A stretch of 63,086 nt of DNA, filler included, from Octopus bimaculoides (lineage: Eukaryota), in assembly GCF_001194135.2 (NCBI RefSeq). It is 6 parts of 6 records of this genome, joined end to end, with 100 filler letters (N's around TTAATTAATTAA, not from the genome) between each part and the next. Parts side by side here need not be neighbours in the genome. Positions count along the whole stretch, not along the records: positions 1 to 15,057 come from NC_069009.1; 5 more parts are not named here. One strand, 5' to 3'. Each line of letters opens with the position of its first letter. Position 1 is the stretch's first letter. The notes beneath the pieces were generated by a model, which saw nothing but the letters and a program-made list of their open reading frames with translations, searched no databases and was not told the DNA's origin. The position numbers and the translations under genes are program-made. Positions 1-11,575 of this stretch are shown here, one piece after another.

Positions 1-20
1 TATATATATATATATATATA

Positions 21-150
21 TGAGGGGGTACCCAAAAGTAATTGGAAAGGTTCTCTGTGGGACAACCCATTGTAGTTCAGGCTTCTGCTGCTAGAAGCCA
101 CTTGATGCAACCCTCAGGCATCAGTCTGCCGACTGGAACTATGTTGTGAC
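21..150 (+). mobile_element. Possible mariner-type TIR/MITE end fragment
   Basis: TA followed by (T)GAGGGGGTACCCAAAAGTAA resembles mariner terminal repeats; no partner end found. Confidence 0.3.
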
Positions 151-192
151 GAAGCAAGCTTCTTACCAGAAAGGCATGCCTGTACCTATATT

Positions 193-465
193 CATCATCA
201 TCATCATCGTTTAACGTCCGCTTTCCATGCTGGCATGGGTTGGACAGTTTGACTGAGAACTGGCAAGCCAGAAGGCTGTACCAAGCTCCAATCTGACCTG
301 GCAGAGTTTCTACAGCTGGATGCCCTTCCTAACACCAACAACTCCAAGAGTGTAGTGGGTGCTTTTTACATGCCAGCACAAGGGCCAGTCTGGTGGTACA
401 GGCATCAACCACACTTGCATGGTGCTTTTTATGTGCCACCGACACGAGAACCAGTCAGGTGGCAT
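193..465 (-). mobile_element. RTE-LINE 3' end (tail) fragment
   Basis: (CAT)n tail plus tttccatgctggc...ctggatgcccttcc; same sequence forms the 3' end of the RTE fragment at 7360-7975. Confidence 0.6.
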
Positions 466-471
466 TCTCTG

Positions 472-479
<8 letters not shown>

Positions 480-504
<25 letters not shown>

Positions 505-510
505 CATCAT

Positions 511-603
<93 letters not shown>

Positions 604-630
604 TACACACACATATACATATATATACAA
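480..630. repeat. (TA)n/(CA)n microsatellite (representative; dozens of di-, tri- and tetranucleotide tracts occur window-wide)
   Basis: Direct reading of sequence. Confidence 0.95.
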
Positions 631-735
631 TATAGAATTGTGATGAACTAGGAGTTCTTCACTAATATTATTAGCCTTGCATATCAACAGAGAGCTTGTA
701 AAATTGCCCAGATTAATAATCTCTCACTAATAGCT

Positions 736-900
736 CTGTTTGTGGCTGTGTGGTAAGAAGCTTGTTTCCCAACCACATGGTTCCGGGTTCAGTCCCACAG
801 CATGACACCTTGGGCAGGTGTCTTGTAGTATAGCCTCAGGCTGACGAAAGCCTTGTGAGTGAATTTGGTAGACGGAAACTGAAAGAAGCCCATTGTATAA
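736..900 (+). mobile_element. tRNA-derived SINE family A, 5' half
   Basis: A-box-like TGGCTGTGTGG, B-box-like GGTTCAGTCCC, ccttgggca body, ends at internal (TA)n. Confidence 0.85.
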
Positions 901-909
901 ACATATATA

Positions 910-945
<36 letters not shown>

Positions 946-1094
946 TATATAACGGAAAAATTATACAAAATGTATAAATGGATGATGAGTAAAGCACCCA
1001 AAATGCCAATTCTGTAACAAGATTGTTTATTAATTTTTTTACATACATATTTTACCTGTGAATTTGTGTGTGTAAACTGAGAATACATACAATG

Positions 1095-1200
1095 AGCTTC
1101 TCTGCCCTAGGTGTACGGAAAACACTCGGTGAGAAATGGAAGAAAATTTGAAGAAAGAAGAAAAAGAAAAACATAATGATAATAACAACAACAATAATAA
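1095..1200 (+). mobile_element. R4/Dong-like LINE 3'-end remnant with (AAT/AAC)n tail
   Basis: ttctctgccctaggtgt..ggaaaacactcgg..agaaatggaa matches the 3' UTR at about 45264-45320. Confidence 0.6.
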
Positions 1201-1927
1201 TGCCCTGAAGCAGTGCCAGGCAGTGGCTTTCATGCCTTCTGATCGTAATCGATTGGAAGTGTTATCATGTATATGTTTTGTCTTGGCATAAAAGATGGGC
1301 TACAGCAAATATTCTGCTCAATACCACAGATTTGCTTGTGAGTTGCTTGACCTTAACCAGTTGAGCATGTCCCTTGGTGGCTGACGATATGTCAGCCTGG
1401 ATGCAGTACCAGGCAGTGGCTCTCATGGCTTCTGATCTTAATTGATTGGAAGTGTTATCATGTATATGTTTTGTCTTGGCATAAAAGATGGGCTACAGCA
1501 AATATTCTGCTCAATACCACAGATTTGCTTGTGAGTTGCTTGACCTTAACCAGTTGAGCATGTCCTTTGGTGGCTGACAATATGTGCATCTCTGATCATG
1601 AGCAGAAGTAGTGGGGGAGCATCATAGCCATGTGTTGAAAGGAATTCTTTGGGGTTTTACCTCTGGAAACTTAAGTGTTTCATTCATCATCCTTTAACAA
1701 ACCTTATTCAGGGACCTTTTGAGTGGGATGGGCTACTCGACCTGAAGAAAATTCTAACTGGGTCCCACCTGCAAGGTCATGCACTGTTTATATTGATATG
1801 CGATGACCATGTCATGCACATATGGTTGTGATGTACCCTTATCAGACGGGTAGTCATGATGGGTATACTGGGCTTCGTATATTTTACCCCAGTGTCACTT
1901 TGATGGCATGTACTGCTCTCTCACTCA
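1201..1927. mobile_element. Unclassified ~720-bp repeat (family X) bounded by (TAA)n tracts, with internal 193-bp tandem duplication
   Basis: Units 1210-1392 and 1403-1585; homologous fragment at 45401-45531; TAA repeats at both ends. Confidence 0.6.
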
Positions 1928-2019
1928 ATAATAATTATAATTATAATAATACATTCTTTATCAGCTACATTTAGAATAATATCTTTGACATGTATATACA
2001 TATGTGGTATTTGTAACTT

Positions 2020-3130
2020 TATATCTAAGGCAATTAAGGACATGAAGACAGGGAAAGCCCCTGGGCCATCAGGAATCATTGCTGAGATGATTAAAATTTC
2101 TGATGGCGTAGGATACAGCTTAATCACCTGTATAGTTTATCAGGTTATTCAAGAAGGCACCATCCCTAATGACTGGTGTAATAGCATTATGATTAACAGC
2201 TACAAAGATAAAGGTGATGCGTTAGATAGAAACAATTACAGAGGTATTAAACTGCTAGACCAATTGATTAGAAATAGAATTAAACTAGGTGAAATGCATC
2301 TTCCTAGTGAGACAGCTGCAGGAAAAGTACTTGGCCAAAAGTAAGCCATTGTACTTAGCCTTTGTTGACCTGGAGAAAACTTTTGACATAGTTCCCTGCT
2401 CTGTTATATGGTGGTCTCTAAGGAAGTTAGAAGTAAAGGAGTGGCTTGTTAGAGCTGTCCAAGCCATACACAGTGGTGCATTCAGTAAAGTGGGAGTTGG
2501 CCATGAATACAGTGATGAATTCAGCATCCAGGTAGCGGTTCACCAGGGCTCAGTTCTCAGCCCACTCTTATTCATTATAGTCCTCCAAGTTATAACTGAG
2601 GAATTCAAGATTAGGTGCCTGTGGGAACTGCTATATGCTGATGACCTTGCACTTATCACAGAATCTTTAGAAGAATTGGAGAAGAAATTCCAGGTATGGA
2701 AACAAAACCTGGAATCAAAGGGCCTTAAAGTTAACCTAAGACAAAAGTGCTTGTTAGTAAGAAAGAAGATAAAACTTCCTTTCCGTCAGGTAAATGGCGC
2801 TTGTCAGTATGTAGGAAAGGAGTTGGAAGAAATTCCATTCGCTGCACCCAGTGTAAACTATGGACACATAAGAGGTGCAGTGGACTCACAGGTAGATTAA
2901 CAGATAGAGTAGTCTTTGTATGTGGCAGATGAGCAGAAACAAAAAAATACTAAGAACACACAGTATTTAGATTCTCTCAAATGCCCTGGAGGCTCTCTTG
3001 ATGTTGTAGAGAGTTTCTGTTACCTAGGTGACCAAATTAGAAATGGTGGAGGATGCTCTGAAAATATTGTTTCTAGAATAAGAATTGGGTGGAGGAAGTT
3101 CAGAGATCTATTACCTCTATTGGCAACAAG

Positions 3131-3172
<42 letters not shown>

Positions 3173-3600
3173 GTGAAAGGTAGACTATATGATGCTTGTG
3201 TATGAATTGCTATACTCCATGATAGTGAGACATGGGTTCTAAATGCAGAAGACATGCGTAGACTGGAGAGAAATGAAGGCAGTGTGCTCCTTTGGAAATG
3301 CAAATGTATTGAGAGAAAAGTTGGGCATAAGAGGAATCAAATGTAGGATGCAAGAGAGAAGACTACGTTGGTTTGAACATGTGATGCGTATGAATGAGGA
3401 CAGCTGCATAAAGAAGTGCTGATCACTGAAAGTGGAGGGTACTCATGGAAGAGGGAGACCCAGGAGGACATGGGATGAAGTGGTAAGGACCAAGCTCAGG
3501 AAGTTGGACCTCATGGAGGAAATGACAAATGGACCGAGATGTCTGGTCATATGAAGTTCTTGAGAAGACCCACCCATGTTAGTGAAACTGAGTTCTAGAA
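2020..3600 (+). pseudogene. 5'-truncated, frameshifted RTE-clade LINE reverse transcriptase
   Basis: Peptides KTGKAPGPSG, NYRGIKLL, AFVDLEKTFD, HQGSVLSPLLF, LLYADDL, SFCYLGD, RLRWFEHVMRM, GRGRPRRTW across shifted frames; (CT)n insertion near 3132-3168. Confidence 0.92.
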
Positions 3601-3714
3601 GTGCTGTGTGTCCCACCCACACTTAACAAGAAAACTTCTCACACACTCTGCCACAACAAACCAAACTACATCTCTATATCTCTTTTCTTCCTCACATTTC
3701 TGCATCATGTACTT

Positions 3715-3781
<67 letters not shown>

Positions 3782-3785
<4 letters not shown>

Positions 3786-3862
3786 CGCAGGAGTGGCTGT
3801 GTGGTAAGTAGTTTGCTTACGAACCACATGGTTCTGGATTCAGTCCCACTGCGTGGCATCTT
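3782..3862 (+). mobile_element. SINE family A head only
   Basis: Pol III A/B-box-like head; truncated after gcatctt. Confidence 0.8.
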
Positions 3863-3889
3863 ATAAATTCAAATCATGATGAACGTAAA

Positions 3890-3930
<41 letters not shown>

Positions 3931-4203
3931 TGATGAAGGAAACAGAAGATAGAAATCTTTATTCAGAACAACAATCGTTTCAACCCTTCCTGAAATTGTC
4001 TGCTATGGGTAGGATTTTGTGCATCTAATTGTGTTGCATCAATCTGTGCAGCTTGTATCACATCAGGTACATGCACAAAGAAGGGAATGTCCCACTAGAT
4101 ATACTGAGATGTCTTCGGCATGTTGTTCGTACTTGTTACACACTAATTGACATATATATNNNNNNNNNNNNNNNNNNNNNNNNNNNNNNNNNNNNNNNNN
4201 NNN

Positions 4204-4612
4204 TAGGCATAGGAGTGGCTGTGTGGTAAGTAGTTTGCTTACGAACCACATGGTTCTGGATTCAGTCCCACTGCGTGGCATCTTGGGCAAGTGTCTTCTA
4301 CTATAGCTTCGGGTCAACCAAAGCCTTGTGAGTGGATTTGGTAGACAGAAACTGAAAGAAGCCCATTGTATATATGTATATGCATGTGTGTGTATATGTT
4401 TGTGTGTTTGTGTTTGTCCCCCCAACATCGCTTGACAACTGATGCTGGTGTGTTTATGTCCCCCTAACTTAGCGGTTCGGCAAAAGTGACCGATAGCATA
4501 AGTACTAGGCTTAGAAAGAATAAGTCCTGGGGGCGATTTGCTCAACTAAAGGCGGTGCTCCAACATGGCCACAGTCAAATGACTGAAACAAGTAAAAGAG
4601 AGAGAGAGAGTA
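4204..4612 (+). mobile_element. SINE family A, near full length
   Basis: Head, body, internal (TA)/(TG) tract, 3' half and gtaaaaga tail all present. Confidence 0.9.
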
Positions 4613-4769
4613 AAAAAATATTAATATATATAGTCAATTAAATGATTAAATAATATTAAAAAAATGAATAAATAAATGAATGAAAAGCGAAAAAAAAGAA
4701 AAAGACAAACTGGAAGACGGGTACAAGAAATATATTAGCTTGACACTTGGTGAAAGGAAAGTGTTTATG

Positions 4770-5949
4770 TCAGGTTGAGTAAAAAGTAAGCAATGTTTTG
4801 AACCATGAAGAATTTGTACTGGATTTTTGCAGTTTTGAATTTTTTTTAAACATGCTGATAAAAGATATTGACTTGCCCAAATGCATCAATAAACTAACAT
4901 TGATATTTTTTCACCATTGTTACAATCATCCGAAATGGAACTGTCAAAGCACGATATTCAAGCAATTTTGCTATTCAACTTCAAAAAAGGACGTAAAGCA
5001 GCTGAAATTGCCCATCATATCAACGAAATGTTTAATGAGGAAATGACCAATGAGTAGTCGGCTTGTAAATGGTTTAAATGATTTCACAGTGGAGATCTGA
5101 GCTTTGATGATCATGAGCATAGTGGATGCCCATCTGTCATCGATGATGGTCAATTAAAGCTTGTCATTGAGGAAGATCCATGTAAAACCACTTGAGAATT
5201 GGCAAAAGAACTTCAAGTTAGCCAGAAAACTGCCTGCAACCATTTGCATGTGATGGGAAAATCAAAAAAGCTTGACAAATGAGTACCACACGATTTGAAT
5301 GAAAATCAGAAAATGCGCAGATATGAAATTTGCTCATCACTTTCCGTAACCAGACCGATCCATTTCTTGACCATTTTGTAACTTGCAATGAAAAGTGGAT
5401 TCTGTATAATAATAATAAAACGTTCTTCGCAGTGATTGAACCAACATGAAGCACCAAAAACATTCCCTAAACCCAAGCTCTTCAAAAAGAAGGTTATGGT
5501 GACTTCTTAAAACCTAGAAAAACCATTACTGCAGAAACACATTGCCATGAAATTGCCAAAATGAATAAAAAACTGTAACCCCTCCATCCCAGACTGGTCA
5601 ACAGAAGAGGGCCAATCCTTCTTCATGACAATGCTCGACCACATGTTTAACTAATGACACTCCAAAAGTTGAGGGAACTTGGTTACGAAGTTCTTCCCCA
5701 CCCAGCTTATTCCCCAAACCTGTCTCCTACTGACTACCACTTTTTCAAGCATCTTGATGGTTTCCTGCAAGAAAAGGAATTCAAAAATGAAACCAGATTT
5801 TTATGTTACTGAAATAAACAAACTTGTAACTTGTTGGCAAAAATATATTAAGTGTAATGGTACTTTGATGAATAAAATATCTGCATTATCAAAATGCCTT
5901 GTGATGAATTTCATATTTCAAAACGTTGCTTACTTTTTACTCAACCTGA
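4770..5949 (+). mobile_element. Full-length decayed mariner (DD34D) transposon with 32-bp TIRs
   Basis: TIRs 4770-4801 and 5918-5949 match 31/32; TA after right end; degenerate transposase motifs (W)VPHDL, LLHDNARPH, HPAYSPNLSPTD with many stops. Confidence 0.92.
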
Positions 5950-6448
5950 TATATATACACACAACACAAAAGAGTAAAGGTTTTAAGAGCAGACAGACAC
6001 ATTACGAGCATTCTGTTACAATAAACAACTTGAAGCAGTCTTTTTTCTGAAATATAGGCCAACTAAACTTTTTCCCCACATATTCATTTATTGTGGTACA
6101 AATAACTGTTGTTGACGGAAGTAATACAGAAAGATTTGTGTGGTAGTAAACAGACATAATGTACAAGCTGATGTTTAGTAACTCACAAATGCATGCATCA
6201 TTGCTCATACACAAAGAGAGAGACACAGGTACATTACTGTATCTGTGTACAGGAAGAAAAATAGTTTTATTACTCTAAATATAGTACACTTCATATAATT
6301 AGATATAAAATTATAAATACCATTATATATATATATATATANNNNNNNNNNNNNNNNNNNNNNNNNNNNNNNNNNNNNNNNNNNNNNNNNNNNNNNNNNN
6401 NNNNNNNNNNNNNNNNNNNNNNNNNNNNNNNNNNNNNNNNNNNNNNNA

Positions 6449-6716
6449 CGGAAACTGAAAGAAGCCCGTCGTATATATGTATATATATATATATATGTGT
6501 GTTTGTGTGTCTGTGTTTGTTCTAGCATTGCTTGACAACCGGTGCTGGTGTGTTTAGGTCCCCGTAACTTAGCGGTTCGGCAAAAAGACCGATATAATAA
6601 GTACTAGGCTTACAAAGAATAAGTCCCGGGGTCGATTTGCTCGACTAAAGGTGGTGCTCCAGCATGGCCGCAGTCAAATGACTGAAACAAGTAAAAGAGT
6701 AAAAGAGTAAAAGAGA
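6449..6716 (+). mobile_element. SINE family A, 3' portion
   Basis: gaaagaagcccgtcg, internal microsatellite, ctccagcatggccgcagtc, (GTAAAAGA)3 tail. Confidence 0.88.
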
Positions 6717-7359
6717 ATATATATATATATATATACAACATGACAAAGATATTGTTCTAAATGTAGCCAATAAAGAATGTGTTGTTGTCGTTGTCGCCAT
6801 CATCGCCACCGCCGCCGCCAACACCAGCGGCGTCGACAGCGTTGTTGGCGTCGTCATCATCATCATCATCATCATCATCATCTCTTTATCACAGGTTTTG
6901 TTAGAGCTCCTGGAGTCTTGTGTGTGTAGCGGGCTTACTACCTGTAGCCTACGGTGCCATGCCATCCATTCTTTTCAGCTATCTAATACTTTCCTGATTA
7001 TTCTGGCCCTACCAAGGAGGCAAACCTTTTGTAACAGTTCTACTGGGCACTCTATTCAAATTTCCTTTATACTTTATTAGAAATTATTTTGAGTGAAAAA
7101 ATGACGCAGTGACCTAACAAATTGTATTTAGAATATTAATTCCGATTCTTTAATCCAAGAAATTTGGAATTGTGTAAATGCATGAATTTTAAACATACGC
7201 ACACACACACACAGAAAATCTGTGTTTTATAGATAAGATTATATACTTAAATATTAATTTTACCTATAAGGTAGGTTTTATATGCTGGGCACTGGTATAA
7301 TCATTTCAATGATTATATCCTCAATTCAAATGTACGCACTCACATACACACTCACACAT

Positions 7360-7975
7360 CGTCATCATCATTATTTAATAACTGCTCTCCATGCTGGCTT
7401 GAGTTAGATGGTTTGACTGGAACTAGCATGCCAGAGAGCTGCACTAGGTTCCAGTCTGATTTGGCATGGTTTCTACGGCTGGATGCCCTTCCCAACACCA
7501 ACCACTCCAAGAACATAATGGGTGCTTCTTGTGTACCAGTTATGTGACACCAACATGAGCCTCGACTATGATTTCACTTGGCTTGACAAGTCTTTGCAAG
7601 CATGGCATATTGCCAAAGGTCTTGGTCACTTGTCATTGCCTCCATGAGGCCCAACATTCGAGGATCATGCTTCACTGCCTTGTGCCTTGACTTCCTGGGG
7701 TCTACCACTTCCACAGGTTCCTTCCAGTGAAAGTGTGGTACTTCTTTACACAGCTGTCCTCATCCATACACATCACATGACCATACCAATGCAGTCGTTT
7801 CTCTTGCACACCACATCTGATGCCTCTTGTGCCCAACTTCTCTCTCAAGACGGCTTACACTTTGTCGTATATGAACACTGGCATTGCACATCCAGCAAAG
7901 CATGCTAGTTTCTTTTCTTTTAAGCCTATGCATGTCCTAGGCAGTCACAGCCATGTTTCACCGCTGTGTAGAACA
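7360..7975 (-). pseudogene. RTE-LINE 3' fragment
   Basis: Minus strand encodes LREKLGTRGIRCGVQEKRLHWYGHVMCMDEDSCVKK, homologous to 3310-3420; ends in (ATG)n tail. Confidence 0.8.
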
Positions 7976-8169
7976 AAATAACAGAAAATATGTCAAAGTT
8001 TGCAAGGCAGCATCTCAATCCAGAACAGGTAATGTTTTCCAGATTGACGGATTGAGCTGCTGGCTCGAAATTTAATATAATTTTTTTTTTAAATGGTGGG
8101 TATGCACTCATATATAGATACACATCACAATTCTTTTGTGTATGTATGACTGTGCCCCCATCAGTTTAA

Positions 8170-8794
8170 AATTTTTTTTTTTATATTAAATTCTGACACA
8201 GTGATAATTTATGCCATCTGAAAGGTATTTGTAGAAAATTTCATTGAAAAATATTCATTTTTCTGAAAGTTGTGAAAAAAACAAAGTCGTGATTGGGGCA
8301 CGCTTGTGTAGTTGTACCTCATTCCATACAAGGACATAGTATATGTTTTTACTGGGCATACCTACAAAAGCGTGCCCCGACTTCAAGCTAGGCATGCCTA
8401 CATAAATGTGCCTCACCACTGAATTTGTCTCCACATAACTTTCATAATTATGAATGTTTGTTTTTTTTAAATAAAAATTTGTACAAATACGCTTCAGATG
8501 ATGTAGATTACGATTATATCAGAATTTAGTATGATAAAATAAAATTGGTTAGCTCATACAGACACATAGTGATACACGTCACATACAGCTACAGATTAAA
8601 ACTTGAAATTTCGAAGAAAAAGCTTGTGATGTCTGTCAGTGCGAGCCCATTAATTTATTACATTTTTTTAATATTTAATTCCAGTATAATCGTAATCTAT
8701 ATCATATGAAGCGTACTTGTGCATATCTTCAATAAAAAATACCAAAGCCTTGTGAGTGGATCTGGTGGACGGAAACTGAAAGAAGCCCGTCGTG

Positions 8795-8833
<39 letters not shown>

Positions 8834-9225
8834 TTGTGGGTCAGTTTTTGACCCCACAACATCGCTTGACAACCGATGCGTTTACGTCACCGTAACCTAG
8901 CTGTTCGGCTAAAGAACGATAGAATAAGTACTAGGCTTACAAAGAGTAAGTCTTGGGGTTGATTTGCTCGACTAAAGGCGACGCTCCATCATGGCCGCAG
9001 TCAAATGACAAACAAGTAAAAGAATAATTACGAAATTTATGAAAACAGAAATTCAAGTTGGGCGGGCACATTTGTGTAGGTATGCCTTGTTCGGGGTTAG
9101 GGTACGTTTATGTAGGTTTGCTCAGCAAAACTTTACAAAATCCTGCGTAATTACGAAATAAACTTTAACGTAGTAAGACATAACTACAGAAGTTGGGTGG
9201 GGCACGGTTGTGTAGGTATGCTTGT
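8170..9225. repeat. Modular repeat with two recurring motifs in both orientations (probable non-autonomous DNA transposon), interrupted by a SINE
   Basis: Motif GGGGCACGCTTGTGTAGGTATGCC-like x6 and TACGCTTCAGATGATGTAGATTACGATTATATCAGAATTT-like x3. Confidence 0.55.
8745..9024 (+). mobile_element. SINE family A, 5'-truncated
   Basis: Body and tail match the other copies. Confidence 0.85.
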
Positions 9226-9704
9226 TATTGTTGCATTTAGAGGCGGATTGTTCCTCGAACAGAGTGACAGTTTTTTTTTGTTTTTTGTTTTTTGTTTTTT
9301 TCAATAAATCGACCTTACCTGAAGTGAATCTAAACTATTACAACCACTTCTGAAGTTTTAAAGGTCATTTCTTGCGTTTCATCACCAAATAGGTCGTCAT
9401 GTTGTATTCGCGGTTGGCGGGGAGGACACACGATCCGAACAACTGTATGACTCACACACAAATATCTACATACATGCATTCAGACACTAAAAGTCGTATT
9501 TTGAAACACACACATACATACACATGCTGACAGATACATAAACACGTACTTGAAAACATACACACACATACTCACATATACGTTGACAGACACATGAACA
9601 CGCACACACAAGCTGATAGAGGAGCAACGTGCCCGTTGAAACATACACTGACACATACATATACATAGACACATTCATATGTATATATATATATATATAT
9701 ATAT

Positions 9705-10138
9705 AGTGTAGTATATAGCCACTTAAGTGTGGCTGACCCCTAGGGGTGGATGTTACTGTTGCTTTTAGCCCCAGGAGGACATCTCCTCCAGCTGGCTTAT
9801 CGACACACTACTGTGTCCTGTTTAGCTGGAGGAGNNNNNNNNNNNNNNNNNNNNNNNNNNNNNNNNNNNNNNNNNNNNNNNNNNNNNNNNNNNNNNNNNN
9901 NNNNNNNNNNNNNNNNNNNNNNNNNNNNNNNNNNNNNNNNNNNNNNNNNNNNNNNNNNNNNNNNNNNNNNNNNNNNNNNNNNNNNNNNNNNNNNNNNNNN
10001 NNNNNNNNNNNNNNNNNNNNNNNNNNNNNNNNNNNNNNNNNNNNNNNNNNNNNNNNNNNNNNNNNNNNNNNNNNNNNNNNNNNNNNNNNNNNNNCACCCC
10101 TAGGGGTCAGCCACACTTAAGTGGCAATATACTACACT
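9705..10138. mobile_element. MITE-like element with 44-bp terminal inverted repeats spanning a gap
   Basis: 9705-9748 is the reverse complement of 10095-10138 with 1 mismatch. Confidence 0.6.
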
Positions 10139-10199
10139 TTATCGTGCAGTTACTGTTAATACTTCATTTAGAGAATTAACATTATATATATATATATAT

Positions 10200-10790
10200 A
10201 AACACAGGCATAACTACACAAGTGTGCCCCTCCAGATTTTTGCTTCCTTATAACTTCCATAAGTTTTTATGGACTTTTCTACAAGTACGCTTCAGATGAT
10301 GAAGTTTCCGATTATATCGAAATTTGTTGTAAAAAAAATTTTTTTTTCGAAGTGTAACGGCGGGGGTGGGGGGAAGATGAGGGACACGTGTCCCCTTCAA
10401 GAAAAGAAGTGCGCCCTTCTGGAGTTTCACCGTTTTTAAGGATATGATTAAAAAAATGGTCGATAGGCACACATATTTTCTGACATATATCACAATGTTT
10501 TTCCGAAATTTCAAGTTTTATTTTGCAGATACATGTGATGTGTAGGAGTCCACCAATCTTTTTACATATTAAACTCTGATAAAATCGTAATCTACACAAT
10601 CTGGAAGGTATTTGTAGAAGATTTCATTAAGAAATACTCATTTTTCTGAACATTATGAGAAAATAAAGTCGGCACGTGAATTTTCCGAAAACTTTTCTCA
10701 CCACCTTCGGAAAATTTTTTTTTTTTTCACAACAAATTCTGATATAATTTGAATCTACACCATCTGAAGCGTGTCTAGAAAATTTCGGGA
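10200..10790. repeat. Second block of the modular motif repeat
   Basis: Same two motifs at 10207, 10286, 10571, 10733. Confidence 0.5.
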
Positions 10791-11345
10791 GAAGGCAGTC
10801 GTGTTGATACGTCGAAACAGACGTATACACACACAAAGCTATCAGACGGTGACATACATACATGCATATACATACATACATATACACGTACATATACACA
10901 CTGTACATATAAACTCACGCACATATACACACTGTACAGGATACCCTCTCACATATTCACTCCCACACACGCAGTAAATGATTCATACTGCACACCCATT
11001 CATACACACTCACTCTTTCTCTCTCTCTCTCTCTCTCTCTCTTACATAAAAAGCTCGCCTCTCTTTCACACAATGTTTCAGTTAAAGTAATAAACAACTT
11101 CGAGATAGCCACAGATTTGAAACCTTAATTCGCTCCCCAGTCATTTGTGCTTCAGGAATTACTTGCTTCTGCTTGCATTGGCCGTAACAAATAAGGGTTT
11201 AATTACAAACCAGAACATTGATTAATTGTTTTAATTAATCAAGGATTTGAAAAATTACAGACGATTAATAAGCAGAAGTAAGTTATTGCATCCGTCTATA
11301 TTAATTTGTTGTAATTATATACATGTTTTCGCTGTAGTGGTTAGT

Positions 11346-11575
11346 CGTTGTTTAACCCCAGGTAGTCCTGATCCAACAGATCTATGATGTAAGATATTCC
11401 GAACGTGACCATCCCGTCTTTTATTCAAACATACCGTACCAAGGACTATTTTTATCTATCTATTGAATAATATAGCAGTTTGTATTTGTGACTATAATTG
11501 TCGTTTGGTCCCAGGTCAGTCCTGAGCCAACAGACTTATGATGTAAGACGTTCCGGACCTGAGCATCCCATCGGT
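11346..11575. repeat. Two diverged ~75-bp copies of a short repeat (possible retroposon 3' tail)
   Basis: ccccaggt..gtcctga.ccaacaga..tatgatgtaaga..ttccg at about 11357 and 11510. Confidence 0.5.

Noticed and set aside
3955-4075. Minus-strand CUGAUGU...GAAACGAUUGUU, hammerhead-like
   Set aside because: Core mutated, spacing long, stems I/II not supported; at most a decayed PLE end.
7985-8035. Possible exon MSKFARQHLNPEQ with CAG|GTAATG donor
   Set aside because: Weak acceptor, very short, directly beside an RTE remnant, no recognisable homology.
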